NCBI GenBank assembly: GCA_963766715.1
Contig: CAVYBH010000009.1
Span: 36,080 to 100,079 of the forward strand
DNA: 64,000 nucleotides
Source of the DNA: an uncultured delta proteobacterium
Lineage (GTDB): Bacteria > Myxococcota > Myxococcia > Myxococcales > Anaeromyxobacteraceae
Direction of reading: 5' to 3'
The position numbers and the translations under genes are program-made. The notes below the pieces were generated by a model. The model did not search any database. It was not told the DNA's origin and saw only the letters and a program-made list of their open reading frames with translations. This document shows positions 1 to 14,031 of the stretch, one piece after another. How positions within the stretch are numbered: the first letter of the stretch is position 1; every line of letters starts with the position of its first letter.

Positions 1-1870
1 CGACGCCCGGACCGCCGAGATCGAGTCGCAGCGCCCGATCAAGGTCCGCAAGGCCCCCGAGCCCTACGGCGCCTGGTACGCCGACGCGGTCCGCCGGCAC
101 CTCGACGAGCGCTACGGCGCCGAGCGGGTGGAGACCGACGGCCTCCAGGTCGACGTGGCCATGCTGCCGGCCATGCAGCGCGCCGCCGAGGCCGCCCTGG
201 CGGAGGACCTCCGGATGGTCGACAAGCGCCACGGCTGGCGCGGCGCCCCGCAGCGGCTCGACGAGCGCCAGCTGGCCACCGCGCTGCCGGCCTGGCGCGA
301 GCGGCTGGCCGCGGCGAAGGGGCAGCCCGGCGAGGTCCTCGTCTGGGACCTCGGCCGCGTGGACCCCGACGAGATCGAGCCCGACGCCGACGTGAAGGCC
401 GACGTCCGCCGCCGGGTCCGGGTGCGTCCGCTCCAGGCGGGCGAGACCTACGCGGTGCTGGTCACGGCGGTGGACGACAAGCAGGCCACGCTCGACCTGG
501 GCGGCGCGAAGGGCGTCATCCCCTTCTCCGCGGTGACCTGGGCCCGGAAGTACAACTCGTCGGTCGGGACCGCGCCGCCGAAGAAGATGGGCGACGTGCT
601 CCGCCCCGGCGACATCGTGCTGGCGCGCGTGGTGCCGGGCCGCACGCCCCCCGTCGAGCTGGCCCGCGCCGGCAAGCCGCTCGTCGCTCCTGCTCGAGCA
701 GGTGCCGCGGGTCGAGGGGGCGCTCGTCGCCATCGACCCGGCCACGCGCGGGGTTCGCGCGCTGGTGGGCGGGCAGGACTTCGCCCGCTCCCAGTTCAAC
801 CGGGCCATCCAGGCCAAGCGGCAGCCCGGCAGCGCCTTCAAGCCCTTCGTCTGGGGCGCGGCCATCGAGTCGGGGCGCTTCACCCCCGCCACCATCGTCT
901 ACGACACGCCCGACCTCTACCGGGATCCCTGGACCGGCAAGGAGTGGAAGCCGACGAACTTCGAGAAGGACGTCTACGAGGGGCCGATGCTGCTGCGCGA
1001 CGCGCTCGCCCACTCGAAGAACACGGTCTCGGCGAAGCTCGTCGACGCGCTGGGCGTGGAGGCCGTCATCGACTTCGCGCGCCGGTCCGGGATCGAGAGC
1101 GAGCTCCCGAGGACGCTGTCGCTCGCGCTCGGCACGGGCGAGGTGACGCCGCTCGAGCTCGTGAACGGCTACGCGACCCTCGCCGCCGGCGGGTTCCCGG
1201 CGCCGCCCATCCTCGTCGTCCGCGTCCGCGACCGGGACGGCAACGTGCTCGAGGAGACGCCTGCCGCTCCGTCCGCCGGCGATGCCCGAGACGGCCGTCC
1301 CCGGGCCCCCGGTGGACCCCTCGCTCTCCGGCGACGCGTCCGGCATGGCCGCCGCACCCGCACCGGCCGCCGCCCGCGCCGAGCGTGGGGCGGCTCCCCG
1401 ACCGCGTCCGGCCCGAGGCGGCCTACGTCACGCTCGCCATGATGAAGGAGGTCGTGCAGAGCGGGACCGGGCAGGGAGCGAAGGCGCTCGACCGGCCCGT
1501 CGCCGCCAAGACCGGCACCGCCCAGGAGCACCGCGACGCCTGGTTCGTGGGCATGACGCCCGACCTGGTGGCCGGCGTCTGGGTGGGCTTCGACGGCCAC
1601 GATCCGCTCGGGGCGCACGCCACCGGCGCGGGCGCGGCGATGCCCGGCTGGATTGCCTTCATGCGGGCGGCGGTCGCGTCGCAGCCGCCCAACGACTTCC
1701 CCGTGCCGTCCGAACGTGGAGATGGTGCGGATCGATCCCGCGGACCGGGCAACCTGGCGAGCGGGCCCGTCGACGGCGTGCTCCTGCCGTTCGTCCCGGG
1801 CACCGCGCCGACGCGGACCGCGCCCGATCCGACGGCGGCGCCGCAGAACTTCTTCCAGGACGACCACTAG
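1..1870 (+). CDS. Penicillin-binding protein 1A family (5' truncated by window; frameshifts near 690, 1270-1390 and 1710)
   Basis: Transpeptidase motifs spread over ORFs 128..1870 and 702..1442: SxxK (QPGSAFKPF), SxN (HSKN), KTG (AKTGTAQ), DAWFVG; OB-like insert upstream. Confidence 0.9.
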   Translation, partial: DARTAEIESQRPIKVRKAPEPYGAWYADAVRRHLDERYGAERVETDGLQVDVAMLPAMQRAAEAALAEDLRMVDKRHGWRGAPQRLDERQLATALPAWRERLAAAKGQPGEVLVWDLGRVDPDEIEPDADVKADVRRRVRVRPLQAGETYAVLVTAVDDKQATLDLGGAKGVIPFSAVTWARKYNSSVGTAPPKKMGDVLRPGDIVLARVVPGRTPPVELARAGKPLVAPARAGAAGRGGARRHRPGHARGSRAGGRAGLRPLPVQPGHPGQAAARQRLQALRLGRGHRVGALHPRHHRLRHARPLPGSLDRQGVEADELREGRLRGADAAARRARPLEEHGLGEARRRAGRGGRHRLRAPVRDRERAPEDAVARARHGRGDAARARERLRDPRRRRVPGAAHPRRPRPRPGRQRARGDACRSVRRRCPRRPSPGPRWTPRSPATRPAWPPHPHRPPPAPSVGRLPDRVRPEAAYVTLAMMKEVVQSGTGQGAKALDRPVAAKTGTAQEHRDAWFVGMTPDLVAGVWVGFDGHDPLGAHATGAGAAMPGWIAFMRAAVASQPPNDFPVPSERGDGADRSRGPGNLASGPVDGVLLPFVPGTAPTRTAPDPTAAPQNFFQDDH

Positions 1871-1880
1871 CCCCGACGGG

Positions 1881-3576
1881 CTAGCGGACCGGCGTGGCCT
1901 TCAGCGCGGCCTTCCCGTCCTTCACGTAGACCTGGAAGCGGACCGTGCGGCAGGCGTACTTCTGCGCCAGCGCGTCGTGGTTCTTCCGGAGCTTGTCGCG
2001 GAAGCGGTCCCAGGTGAGCCCCTCCACCGATTCGCCGCAGCCGGTCCGGGTGCGGAGGAACTCCTGGAAGACGGCGTTCCACTGCGCCTCTCCCCCTTCC
2101 GCCGGCGCCGGCGTGGGGCGGGACGCCGGCGAGCCGGGAGGTCCGAGGGGCTGCGTGTTGCGCGGGTAGGCCGCACGCGCCGCCTGGGCGGCCTGGACGA
2201 CGGCGGCGGCGGTGAGGCCGGGCCCGGCCTGGAGCGGCGTGGGAGTGGGCGTGACCGGCGGGGCCAGTCCGCTGGCAGAGAAGGGCCCCTCCAGCCTTCG
2301 CGAGCCGGTCACCTCGTCGGGCGGCACGGCGTGGAGCGGCACGTCGAGGGTGGGGGCCGGGTTCACGGGCCCCTGCGACACGGACAGCGGCACCGGCGTG
2401 GAGGGCGTCGTGGCCCCCTGCGTGATGCGCCCGAGCCGGGCGGTCTCCGCCGCGCGCGAGAGCGCCGCCGCCAGCGTGCCGAAGGTCCCCGACATGCGCG
2501 GCACCCGGACGTCGAAGTCGCCCCGGGCGATCCGGTCGGCGACCGAGGCCAGCTCCCGAGGCACGTGGGACGGCACCACCGGGTCCCGGGAGAAGCCCAG
2601 CGCGAGGCCGACGAGCGTGAGCGCGAAGAGCGCCAGGATCAGGACCTGCTGGAACGCGGCGATTGGCTCGAGCGCCGGGCGGGTGGGCGCGGAGATCACC
2701 GCGACCGGTCCGTCGATGCCGGGCAGGGAGAGCGCCCGCGCCCGCCAGGCCGGCGCCTTCGCGAAGAGGACGGGGAGCCCGGGGAGCCCGCCGACGAGCG
2801 AGAACGGGCCGGACCGGCCCACGTCGACCACGCTCCCGTTGCCCTTCCGGGCCGCCGCGACCACCGCGGTGGCGTCGGCCGGCGACAGGGTGGAGACGAG
2901 GCTGCTTCCGATGAAGGTGAGGTCGGCGCCGGTGGCGGACTGCAGCCGCTCCGCCCAGCGAGGGTCGATGGGCAGCCCGAAGGCGAGGGTCGCGCCCTTG
3001 CCCGCCGGGACCACGGCCACCGCGTAGATGGCGTCCCCCACCCGCACGTGCCGGGGCGCGGCCCCGGACCCGAGCAGCGCCTGGGCGAGCGGATCGCGGG
3101 GCGGCACGACCTGCTCGCCCACGCGCAGCGAGATGGTGCGGTCGTGACTGATCCCGACCAGCGGCGCGCGCCCCATCTCCACGTCGAGGAGCGCGGAGGC
3201 GCCGTGGATGGCCGACTCGGCGACCTCGGCCACGTCCGGAGCGGCGGGCGTCGTCGCGCCGGCGGGCGTGGTCGCACCGGCCGGCCGCGTCGCTGCTGCC
3301 GGCCGTCCGGCTGCGGGCGGGCGCGGGGTGCGGGCGGCCTCGATGGCGGCGAACGCGCTCGCGAGCCCCGGGTCCCGGGCGGCCACGACCGCCACGTCCC
3401 GGACCTGGCGCGAGAGCAGCCGCGTCCCGGTCTCGAACTGGAGGGTGCCGGAGCGAAGCGTCGAGAGCGGCCTGCTCGGTCGCGGGCGGGACGGCCCGCT
3501 GGGTGAACACCCAGAGCCCCACCCAGCCGGACACCACCACCAGCGCCGTGAAACCCCAGATCTTGGAACGGCTCAT
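1881..3576 (-). CDS. Membrane protein with HAMP-like region and myxobacterial MXAN_5187-type C-terminal domain (frameshift near 3450)
   Basis: N-terminal TM (MSRSKIWGFTALVVVSG), second TM followed by HAMP-like segment (ADRIARGDFDVRVP), C-terminus EFLRTRTGCGE...KYACRTVRFQVYVKDGKAALKATP. Confidence 0.7.
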
Positions 3577-3587
3577 GCGGCGGCGTT

Positions 3588-3766
3588 TATACCACGCTCA
3601 CCCACACGCTCACGCCGGGCTGGGAGAAGCAGCGGTCCAGCTCCGCCTCGACGTCGAGATCGGCGGGGAGCACCGCTTCCGGGGGGCGCGGCGCCTCGCG
3701 GTGGCGCCGGTCGAACTCCTGGAGGTGCCGGACCACCCGCTGCCAGTCGCGCTCGCCGTCGGTCAT
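3588..3766 (-). CDS. Small hypothetical protein (probably frameshifted; 3' end uncertain)
   Basis: ATG at 3766 (MTDGERDWQRVVRHLQEFDRRH...) preceded by TTGACC-16-TACGCT promoter-like sequence at 3773-3800. Confidence 0.35.
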
Positions 3767-3919
3767 GGGCGAAGCGTAGTCCGGGACCGGGCCGGGTCAA
3801 GAAACCGGGCGCCCGCCCGGAGCGGGTCGTGCTTGACTCGGCCATCCCCCCGGATTAACAGGGGCCAGCCTGGCGCCCGTCCCGGTGCGCCCGCACGTTC
3901 AACCCGGAGACATCCCATC

Positions 3920-6000
3920 ATGAGGAAGATCGTCGCCCTCCTCGCGCTCTGCGCGATCGCTTCGTCTGCGCGCGCCGACGAGGGCATGTGGACCTACAAC
4001 GGATTCCCGAAGGCCCAGGTCGAGAAGAAGTACGGCGCCAAGATCGACGACGCCTGGCTCGACCACGCCCGGCTCTCGTCGGCCCGGCTGGCCCAGGGTT
4101 GCTCGGCCAGCTTCGTCTCGCCGAGCGGCCTCGTGCTGACGAACCACCACTGCGTCGAGACCTGCCTCCAGCAGCTCTCCAGCGCGGACAAGGACTACAT
4201 CGCCCAGGGCTTCCAGGCGAAGACCGCCGCCGAGGAGCTCAAGTGCCCCGTGCTGGAGGTGAACCAGCTCGTCGAGATCACCGACGTCACCGCCCGGATG
4301 AAGAAGGCCACCGCCGGGCTCGAGGGCGTGAAGTTCAACGACGCCCAGAAGGCCGAGACCTCGCCGCATCGAGGGGGAGTGCCAGACCAGCCCGGCGCTC
4401 CGCTGCAACGTGGTGACGCTCTACCACGGCGGCCGCTACGACCTGTACCGCTACCGGCGCTACCAGGACGTGCGCATGGTCTTCGCGCCCGAGTTCGCCA
4501 TCGCCTTCTTCGGCGGCGACCCCGACAACTTCATGTTCCCGCGCTACGACCTCGACCTGTCGTTCGTCCGCGTCTACGACGACGGCAAGCCGCTCCAGAC
4601 CCAGAACTTCCTGGCCTGGAACGCCGCCGGCCCCAAGGAGGGAGACCTGGTCTTCGTCTCCGGCCACCCGGGCGGGACCGACCGGCAGCTGACCATCGCC
4701 GAGCTCGAGTACCAGCGCGACGTCGCCCTGCCCGAGACCCTCAACCGCGTACTCCGAGCTGCGCGGCGCGGTCACCCAGTTCCAGGAGCGCGGGGCCGAG
4801 CAGAAGCGGGTCTCGAACAGCCTCCTCTTCGGCATCGAGAACTCGCTCAAGGCCCTGCAAGGGCGAGCGCGAGGCGCTCGTCGACCGGGAGTTCTTCGCC
4901 CAGAAGGTGGCCGCCGAGGAGGCCTTCCGCAAGAAGCTCGCCGCCGACAAGAAGAACGGCCCCGCCGCCCTCCAGGCCTTCGTCGCCATCCAGCAGGCCG
5001 AGGACCTCCAGCGCAACGTCCGCAACGACGTGAACTACGTGGCCGGGTCCGCCGGCCTGATGACCGACTACTTCCGCTTCGCCCGCACGCTGGTCCGCGG
5101 CGGCGACGAGCGGCCCCAGGAAGAACGAGGAGCGGCTCGAGGAGTACCAGGAGGCGCCGCCTCCCGGCCGTCACCCAGTCGCTCTTCAGCCCGGCCCCCA
5201 TCAACGACGAGTTCGAGATCTTCAAGCTCACCTGGTCGCTCACCAAGCTGCGCGAGAAGCTGGGCCCCGACCACGCCTTCACCAAGAAGGTGCTCGGCGA
5301 CGAGTCGCCCGCCGAGGTGGCCAAGCGTCTCGTGACCGGGACGAAGCTCAGGGACGTCGCCGTCCGCAAGCAGCTCTGGGAGGGCGGCAAGGCCGCGGTG
5401 GACGCGTCGCAGGACCCCATGATCGTCTTCGCCCGCAGCATCGACCCCGACGCCCGCGCCGTCCGCAAGATGTTCGAGGACGAGATCCAGTCGGTGAACA
5501 AGAAGGGCTCCGAGACCATCGCCCAGGCCCGCTTCGCGCTGGAGGGGACCTCCACCTACCCGGACGCCACCTTCACGCTGCGGCTCAGCTACGGCGCGGT
5601 GAAGGGCTGGACCGAGGGCAAGAAGGTCGTCCCGCCCTTCACCACCTTCGCGGGCGCCTTCGAGCGCAACACCGGCCGCGAGCCCTTCGCCCTGCCGAAG
5701 AGCTGGCTCGACGCGAAGCCCCGGCTCGACCTCCAGACCAAGTTCGACTTCGTGGCCACCACCGACATCATCGGCGGCAACTCCGGCTCGCCGGTCATCG
5801 ACCGGGACGGCCGCATCGTCGGCCTGGTCTTCGACGGGAACATCTGGTCGCTCGGCGGCAACTACGGCTTCGACGAGAAGCTGAACCGCACCGTGGCCGT
5901 CGACACCGCCGCCATCACCCACGCGCTCGACAAGATCTACGGCGCGACCCGCGTGCTCGAGGAGCTCCTCCCGGCGCGCAAGCCGCAGGCCGCCAAGTAG
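3920..6000 (+). CDS. S46 family dipeptidyl peptidase (DPP7/DPP11-like), several frameshifts
   Basis: Signal peptide then ADEGMW, LTNHHC, and catalytic DIIGGNSGSPV...GLVFDGN. Confidence 0.92.
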
Positions 6001-6021
6001 CCGGCGTCGAGCGGAGCCTCC

Positions 6022-6050
6022 GGGCCCGGTCCCTTCCGAGGGGCCGGGCC
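6022..6050. terminator. GC-rich hairpin between convergent S46 peptidase and nadA
   Basis: GGGCCCGGTCCCTT-CC-GAGGGGCCGGGCCC inverted repeat (two G-T pairs). Confidence 0.55.
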
Positions 6051-6076
6051 CTTCTCGTTCCGGCCCAGGCCCGCCC

Positions 6077-7081
6077 TCAGGCGTCGCGCGGCACGGCAAT
6101 CATCCGCTCGAGCGCGCGGCGCGCCCCCTCGGCCACGTCGGCCGGGACCACGATCTCGTGCTTCCCCCGGAGCAGCGAGTCCCGGACCATGACCAGGTCG
6201 ATCATCTTCATGTACGGGCAGTGCATGCGGCAGCCCAGGCAGCCGTCGGCGACCACGAACTCCTTGTCCGGGAAGCGCTTCTTCAGGCCGGTGAGGATGC
6301 CGTGCTCGGTGGCGACGATGAACGTCTTCGCCTCCGGGTGGCGGGCCACCGCGGCGGTCATGCCGGTGGTGGAGCAGATCTCGTCGGCCAGCTCGAGCAC
6401 GTCGGCCCGGCACTCCGGGTGGGCGATGACCACCGCCTCGGGGCGCTGGCCGTGGACCTTCTCCACGCTGGCGCTGCGCAGCACGTCGTGGATGGGGCAG
6501 GCGCCGTCGTAGACCACGATCTCCTTCTCCGGCACCTTCGACTTCACCCAGGCGCCGAGGTTCCGGTCCGGCGTGAAGAGGATCTTCCGCTCCGGCACCG
6601 ACCGCACCACGCTGGCCGCGTTGGCGCTCGTGCAGCAGATGTCGGAGAGCGCCTTCACCTCGGCCGTGGAGTTCACGTAGGTGACCACCGCGTGCCCCGG
6701 GTAGCGCGCCTTCCAGTCCTCGAGCGACTCGGCGGAGATGGAGTCGGCGAGCGAGCAGCCGGCCGAGAGGTTGGGCAGCAGCACCCGCTTCTCCGGGTTG
6801 AGGACCTTGGCCGACTCGGCCATGAAGTGCACGCCGCAGAAGACGATGGTCGACTGCGGGGCCTTCTGGGCCTCGATGGCGAGCTGCAGCGAGTCGCCCA
6901 CCACGTCGGCCAGCCCCTGGATCTCGGGCAGCTGGTAGTTGTGGGCCAGGATGACCGCGTCCTTCTCCCGCTTGAGCTCGCGGATCTCGGCCTCCAGCTC
7001 CCCGACCTGGGCGGGGGTGAGGTCGGTCCCGCTCTCGGGGTGGGCGATGGGGTCGTGGACGGAGACGACGGGGAGGCTCAT
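6077..7081 (-). CDS. nadA: Quinolinate synthase
   Basis: ILAHNYQ, FCGVHFMAE, CSLA, YVNS, CPIH, AHPEC, CPYMK motifs. Confidence 0.95.
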   Translation of the reverse strand: MSLPVVSVHDPIAHPESGTDLTPAQVGELEAEIRELKREKDAVILAHNYQLPEIQGLADVVGDSLQLAIEAQKAPQSTIVFCGVHFMAESAKVLNPEKRVLLPNLSAGCSLADSISAESLEDWKARYPGHAVVTYVNSTAEVKALSDICCTSANAASVVRSVPERKILFTPDRNLGAWVKSKVPEKEIVVYDGACPIHDVLRSASVEKVHGQRPEAVVIAHPECRADVLELADEICSTTGMTAAVARHPEAKTFIVATEHGILTGLKKRFPDKEFVVADGCLGCRMHCPYMKMIDLVMVRDSLLRGKHEIVVPADVAEGARRALERMIAVPRDA

Positions 7082-7159
7082 GGGTTCACCACTAGCCGAC
7101 CCGGGAGGGTCGCGCAACGCCGTCCTTGCCCTCCGCCTCCCGCCGCGGCATGCAGTCCC

Positions 7160-7907
7160 GGTGCGCCTCGCGGTCACCACGCCCTTCTCCCCCACCCCGG
7201 CCGCCGACCTCGCGGCCCGCGAGTCGGCGCGACCGCCGCGCCCTCCCCTTCGCCGCGCGCGGGACCCGCTCGCTCGCCGAGGTGGCGCAGGAGGCCGGGG
7301 CCGACGCGCTGCTCGTCCTGGGCGCCCACGCCGCCCTCTGGATCGAGGGCGCGGAGGAGCGCTGGCACGCGGGGATGGGCGCGCTGCGGGCCAAGCGGCT
7401 GGCCATCGGCGAGCGGATCACCGGGGACTCCTTCCTGGAGGCGGCGCGGCTTCGCCCGGGCGACGCGGTGCTCGACTGCACGCTCGGCCTGGGGGCCGAC
7501 GCGCTGGTGGCCGCCGCGGCCGTGGGCGCGGGAGGCCTGGTGGTGGGGCTCGAGTCGTCGCCCGCGCTGGCGGCCTGGACCGGCGAGGGATTCGCCCGCC
7601 TCCCCGGCGAGCCCGCCGCCCGCGTCCGGGTCGAGTGCGCCGATCACGAGGCCTGGCTCGCCGCCGCGCCGGACCGGAGCTTCGACGTGGTGGTCTTCGA
7701 CCCGATGTTCCGGCACGCCCGCGCCGCCACGCCGGGGTTCGACCTCCTGCGGCGCCTGGCCGACCCTCGCCCGCTCACGCGCGGCGCGGTCGACCGGGCC
7801 CGGCGGGTGGCCCGCCGCGGCGTGCTCGTGAAGGACGGCACGCCGGGCTGGGACCTGGCCCGGCTCTCGCTCACGCCCCTCGACGGCCGGCGGGGCGCCG
7901 AGCGGCT

Positions 7908-7932
<25 letters not shown>
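7160..7932 (+). CDS. Class I SAM-dependent methyltransferase (RsmJ/SAM_MT-like); start uncertain, N-terminal frameshift
   Basis: [15 protein letters not shown] motif and VVVFDPMF. Confidence 0.75.
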
Positions 7933-10271
<2,339 letters not shown>

Positions 10272-10418
10272 TCTCCCCGTCGACCTCCGAGAAGATGGCA
10301 CGGCGACCTCGACCTTCGTACCACCGAGGGGCCCGCGGCACAGGTTCCACACCCACCCGGAACGCCGGAAAACGGTCGTTCCTTGTACCCTCGGAGGGGT
10401 CGGGCTAGAACCGCGGCC

Positions 10419-12111
10419 ATGTCCAGGTTCCAGGAGATTGCGGCCCGGCTCCGCGACGCCGAGGTGGGACGCGGAACGCGGATCCCCACCCCGTTCGGTC
10501 CCCGCCTGCTCCACTACGCCGACCTGACCGCCACCGGCCGGCACCTGGACCTGGTCGAGCGCTGGCTGGACGCCGTCCGGCCGCTCTACGCCAACACCCA
10601 CACCGCGGTGGCCACCACCGGCCGGGTGATGAACGGCCTGCGGGAGGAGGCCCGGGCGCAGGTGGCCCGCTCGGTCCACGCCGGCCCCGAGGACGTGGTG
10701 CTCTTCACCGGAAGTGGAGCCACCGCGGCGGTCAACAAGCTGGTGGGGCTGCTGGGGCTCCGGCTGCCCGAGCCGCTCGAGCGGGAGTACGCCCTCTCCT
10801 CCCACGTCCCGCCCGGCCGCCGGCCGGTGATCCTGGTCGGCCCCTACGAGCACCACTCCAACGTGCTGCCCTGGATGGAGTCGATCGCCGACGTCCGCGA
10901 GGTGGCCCTCGACTCGCGCGGGGGAATCGACCTCGCCGACCTGCGCCGCCAGGCGCGCGAGGCGCGCGGACGCCCGCTCGTCGCCGGCGCCTTCTCGGCG
11001 GCCTCCAACGTGGACGGCCTGCTCACCGACGTCGCCGCCGTGGCCCGGGTCCTCCACGAGGAGGGGGCGCTCGTCTTCGTGGACTACGCGGCGGCGGGCC
11101 CCTACGTGCCCATCGACATGCACCCCGCCGACCCGGCGGCCCGGATCGACGCCCTCTTCGTCTCCACCCACAAGTTCCTGGGCGGCCCGGAGGGCTCGGG
11201 CGTGCTCGTGGCCCACCGCGACCTCTTCCGATCCCGCACCCCGGAGCGCCCCGGCGGCGGGACGGTCGACTTCGTCTCCGGGTGCCGGCCCGACCAGGTG
11301 GACTACGTCCGCTCGCTGGCCGAGCGGGAGGAGGGCGGGACCCCCGGCATCCTGGGCGACCTGCGGGCCGGCGTCGCCTTCGCCCTCAAGGACCACGTCG
11401 GCGCCCGCGAGATCCGCGACCACGACCTGGCGCTCGCCCGGACGGCCGTGCGCGCGCCTCTCCGCCCACCCCCGGATCCGCGTCCACGGCCCGCTCGACC
11501 TGCCGCGGCTGCCCATCCTCTCCTTCAACGTCGAGGGGCTCCACCACGACCTCGTCTCGGCGCTGCTCGACCACCTCTTCGGCATCCAGAACCGGGCCGG
11601 GTGCTCCTGCGCCGGCCCGTACGGCCACCGGCTGCTGGGCATCGAGGGCGAGCGGTCGGAGCGCTACCGCCGCCTCATCGCCGAGGGGCTGACCGGCGCC
11701 AAGCCCGGCTGGGTGCGGGTGTCGCTCCCCTGGTACGCCTCGCCCGGGGACGTCGAGTTCACGCTGCGGGCCGTCGAGTTCGTGGCCTCGCGGGGAGAGG
11801 CCTTCGTGCCCCTCTACCGGCTGGACTGGCGCGACGGGGTCTGGCGCCACCGGGACCGGGAGGTCGCCCACCCTTCCCCGTTCCGGCTCGCCGCCGACGA
11901 GATCCTGGCGGGTCCCCCGCCCGCGCCGGCGCCGCCCTCCGAGGCCGAGCGCGAGGCCGAGCGGGCCTCCTACCTCGCCGAGGCGGAGCGCCTGGCCGGC
12001 GAGCTCACGGCGCGCTGGCAGCGCGAGCCGCCGGCGTGGAATCGCCCCACGGGGCGACCCGACGTCGACGAGCTGGTCTGGTTCCGGTACGTCGAGACCG
12101 TGGGGCTGTAG
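10419..12111 (+). CDS. Class V PLP aminotransferase / cysteine desulfurase-like protein (frameshift near 11450)
   Basis: [21 protein letters not shown] (PLP lysine), [17 protein letters not shown]. Confidence 0.88.
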
Positions 12112-12132
12112 GCGCCCCGCGGGCGGAGGGCG

Positions 12133-13383
12133 TCAGGCGCTCTCCGCCTCCTTGCGCAGGACCACGATGGGCGGCTCGCCCTTCTCGATGACGTCCTCGC
12201 TGATGACGATCTCCTGCACGTTCCGGCGGCTGGGCACGTCGTACATGATGTCGAGCATCGCGCCCTCGACGATGGAGCGCAGCCCGCGGGCGCCGGCCTT
12301 GTTCTTCACGGCGGCGCGCGCGATGGCCTTGAGCGAGCCGTCGGTGAACTTGAGGCTGACGCCGTCCATCTCCATGAGCTTGCGGTACTGCTTCACGAGC
12401 GCGTTGCGCGGCCGGGTGAGGATCTCGACCAGCGCCGCCTCGTCGAGCTCCTCGAGCGCGGTCACCACCGGCAGGCGCCCCACGAACTCGGGGATCATGC
12501 CGAACTTGAGCAGGTCCTCGGGCTCGACCAGCGCCAGCAGCTCGCCGACGTTCTTGTCCTCGCGCTTCTTCGCGTCGGTGCCGAAGCCCAGGCTGCGCCC
12601 GCCCAGCCGGCGCTCGATCACGCCCTCGAGGCCGCAGAAGGCGCCGCCGCAGATGAAGAGGATGTTGGTGGTGTCGACCTGCAGGAACTCCTGCTGGGGG
12701 TGCTTGCGGCCGCCCTTGGGCGGGACGTTCGCCACCGTGCCCTCGATGAGCTTGAGGAGCGCCTGCTGCACGCCCTCGCCCGACACGTCGCGGGTGATGC
12801 TGGGGTTCTCGCTCTTGCGGGCGATCTTGTCGATCTCGTCGATGTAGACGATGCCCTTCTGCGCGCGCTCGATGTCGTGGTCGGCGGCCTGCAGGAGGTT
12901 CACGATGATGTTCTCGACGTCCTCGCCCACGTAGCCGGCCTCGGTGAGGGTGGTGGCGTCGGCGATGGTGAAGGGCACGTTGAGGATGCGGGCCAGCGTC
13001 TGGGCGAGCAGCGTCTTGCCCGACCCGGTGGGCCCCAGCATCAGGATGTTCGACTTCTGCAGCTCGACGTCGTCGACCTCGAGCCGGCTCTCGATGCGCT
13101 TGTAGTGGTTGTGCACCGCGACGGCGAGCGTCTTCTTGGCCCGCTCCTGCCCGATCACGTACTCGTCGAGGATCGCCTTGATCTCGGACGGACGGGGGAT
13201 GCGGACCTTCTGGTCGCGCTTCTCCTCGCCGGCGATCTCCTCGGCGATGATGTCGTTGCACAGCCCGATGCACTCGTCGCAGATGTAGACGGTGGGCCCG
13301 GCGATGAGCTTCTTCACCTCCTTCTGCGACTTCCCGCAGAAGGAGCAGCACAGCGTCTCTCGTTTCTCCACTCCGGCCATCAC
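12133..13383 (-). CDS. clpX: ClpX ATPase subunit
   Basis: CSFC zinc finger, [25 protein letters not shown]. Confidence 0.98.
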   Translation of the reverse strand: MMAGVEKRETLCCSFCGKSQKEVKKLIAGPTVYICDECIGLCNDIIAEEIAGEEKRDQKVRIPRPSEIKAILDEYVIGQERAKKTLAVAVHNHYKRIESRLEVDDVELQKSNILMLGPTGSGKTLLAQTLARILNVPFTIADATTLTEAGYVGEDVENIIVNLLQAADHDIERAQKGIVYIDEIDKIARKSENPSITRDVSGEGVQQALLKLIEGTVANVPPKGGRKHPQQEFLQVDTTNILFICGGAFCGLEGVIERRLGGRSLGFGTDAKKREDKNVGELLALVEPEDLLKFGMIPEFVGRLPVVTALEELDEAALVEILTRPRNALVKQYRKLMEMDGVSLKFTDGSLKAIARAAVKNKAGARGLRSIVEGAMLDIMYDVPSRRNVQEIVISEDVIEKGEPPIVVLRKEAESA

Positions 13384-13389
13384 TCCATC

Positions 13390-14001
13390 TTACTGCGGCT
13401 TCTTCTCCGCCGCCTTCTTCGTGACGATCACCTCGTCGATGAGGCCGTAATCCTTGGCCTCCTGCGGCGACATGAAGTAGTCCCGGTCGGTGTCCTTCGA
13501 GATGCGGTCGATGGCCTGCCCGGTGTGGCGGGCCAGGATCTCGTCGAGGGTCCTCTTCAGGCGCAGGGCCTCGCGGGCCTGGATCTCGATGTCGCTGGCC
13601 TGCCCGGAGAAGCCCCCGGAGAGCTGGTGGATCATGATGCGCGCGTTGGGCACCGCGTAGCGCTTGCCCTTCGCGCCGGCCGAGAGCAGCACCGCCGCCA
13701 TGCTGGCCGCCTGGCCCAGGCAGATGGTGGAGACCGGGGCCTTCACGTACTGCATGGTGTCGTAGATGGCGAGGCCGGCCGTCACCGAGCCGCCCGGGCT
13801 GTTGATGTAGATGGAGACGTCCTTCTCCGGATCCTCCGACTCGAGGAAGAGGAGCTGGGCGGTGACGACGTTGGCCACGTCGTCGTCGATGGCCGTCCCG
13901 ATGAAGACGATCCGGTCCTTGAGCAGGCGCGAGTAGATGTCGTAGGAGCGCTCGCCCCGGTGGGTCTGCTCGATGACGTAGGGCATCGGGATGTAGGGCA
14001 T
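13390..14001 (-). CDS. clpP: ClpP protease subunit
   Basis: [29 protein letters not shown]. Confidence 0.98.
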   Translation of the reverse strand: MPYIPMPYVIEQTHRGERSYDIYSRLLKDRIVFIGTAIDDDVANVVTAQLLFLESEDPEKDVSIYINSPGGSVTAGLAIYDTMQYVKAPVSTICLGQAASMAAVLLSAGAKGKRYAVPNARIMIHQLSGGFSGQASDIEIQAREALRLKRTLDEILARHTGQAIDRISKDTDRDYFMSPQEAKDYGLIDEVIVTKKAAEKKPQ

Positions 14002-14031
14002 CGTTCCTCCGGGACCCGGGTGCGGGACCGA

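Noticed and set aside
3724..3733. Single GGTGCCGGAC copy far from the RAYT gene, and CTCCGGCACC near-matches at about 3444, 6527, 6590, 23013 and 42926
   Set aside because: Isolated and without the extended (A/T)CG flank; consistent with chance at this GC content, so treated as background.
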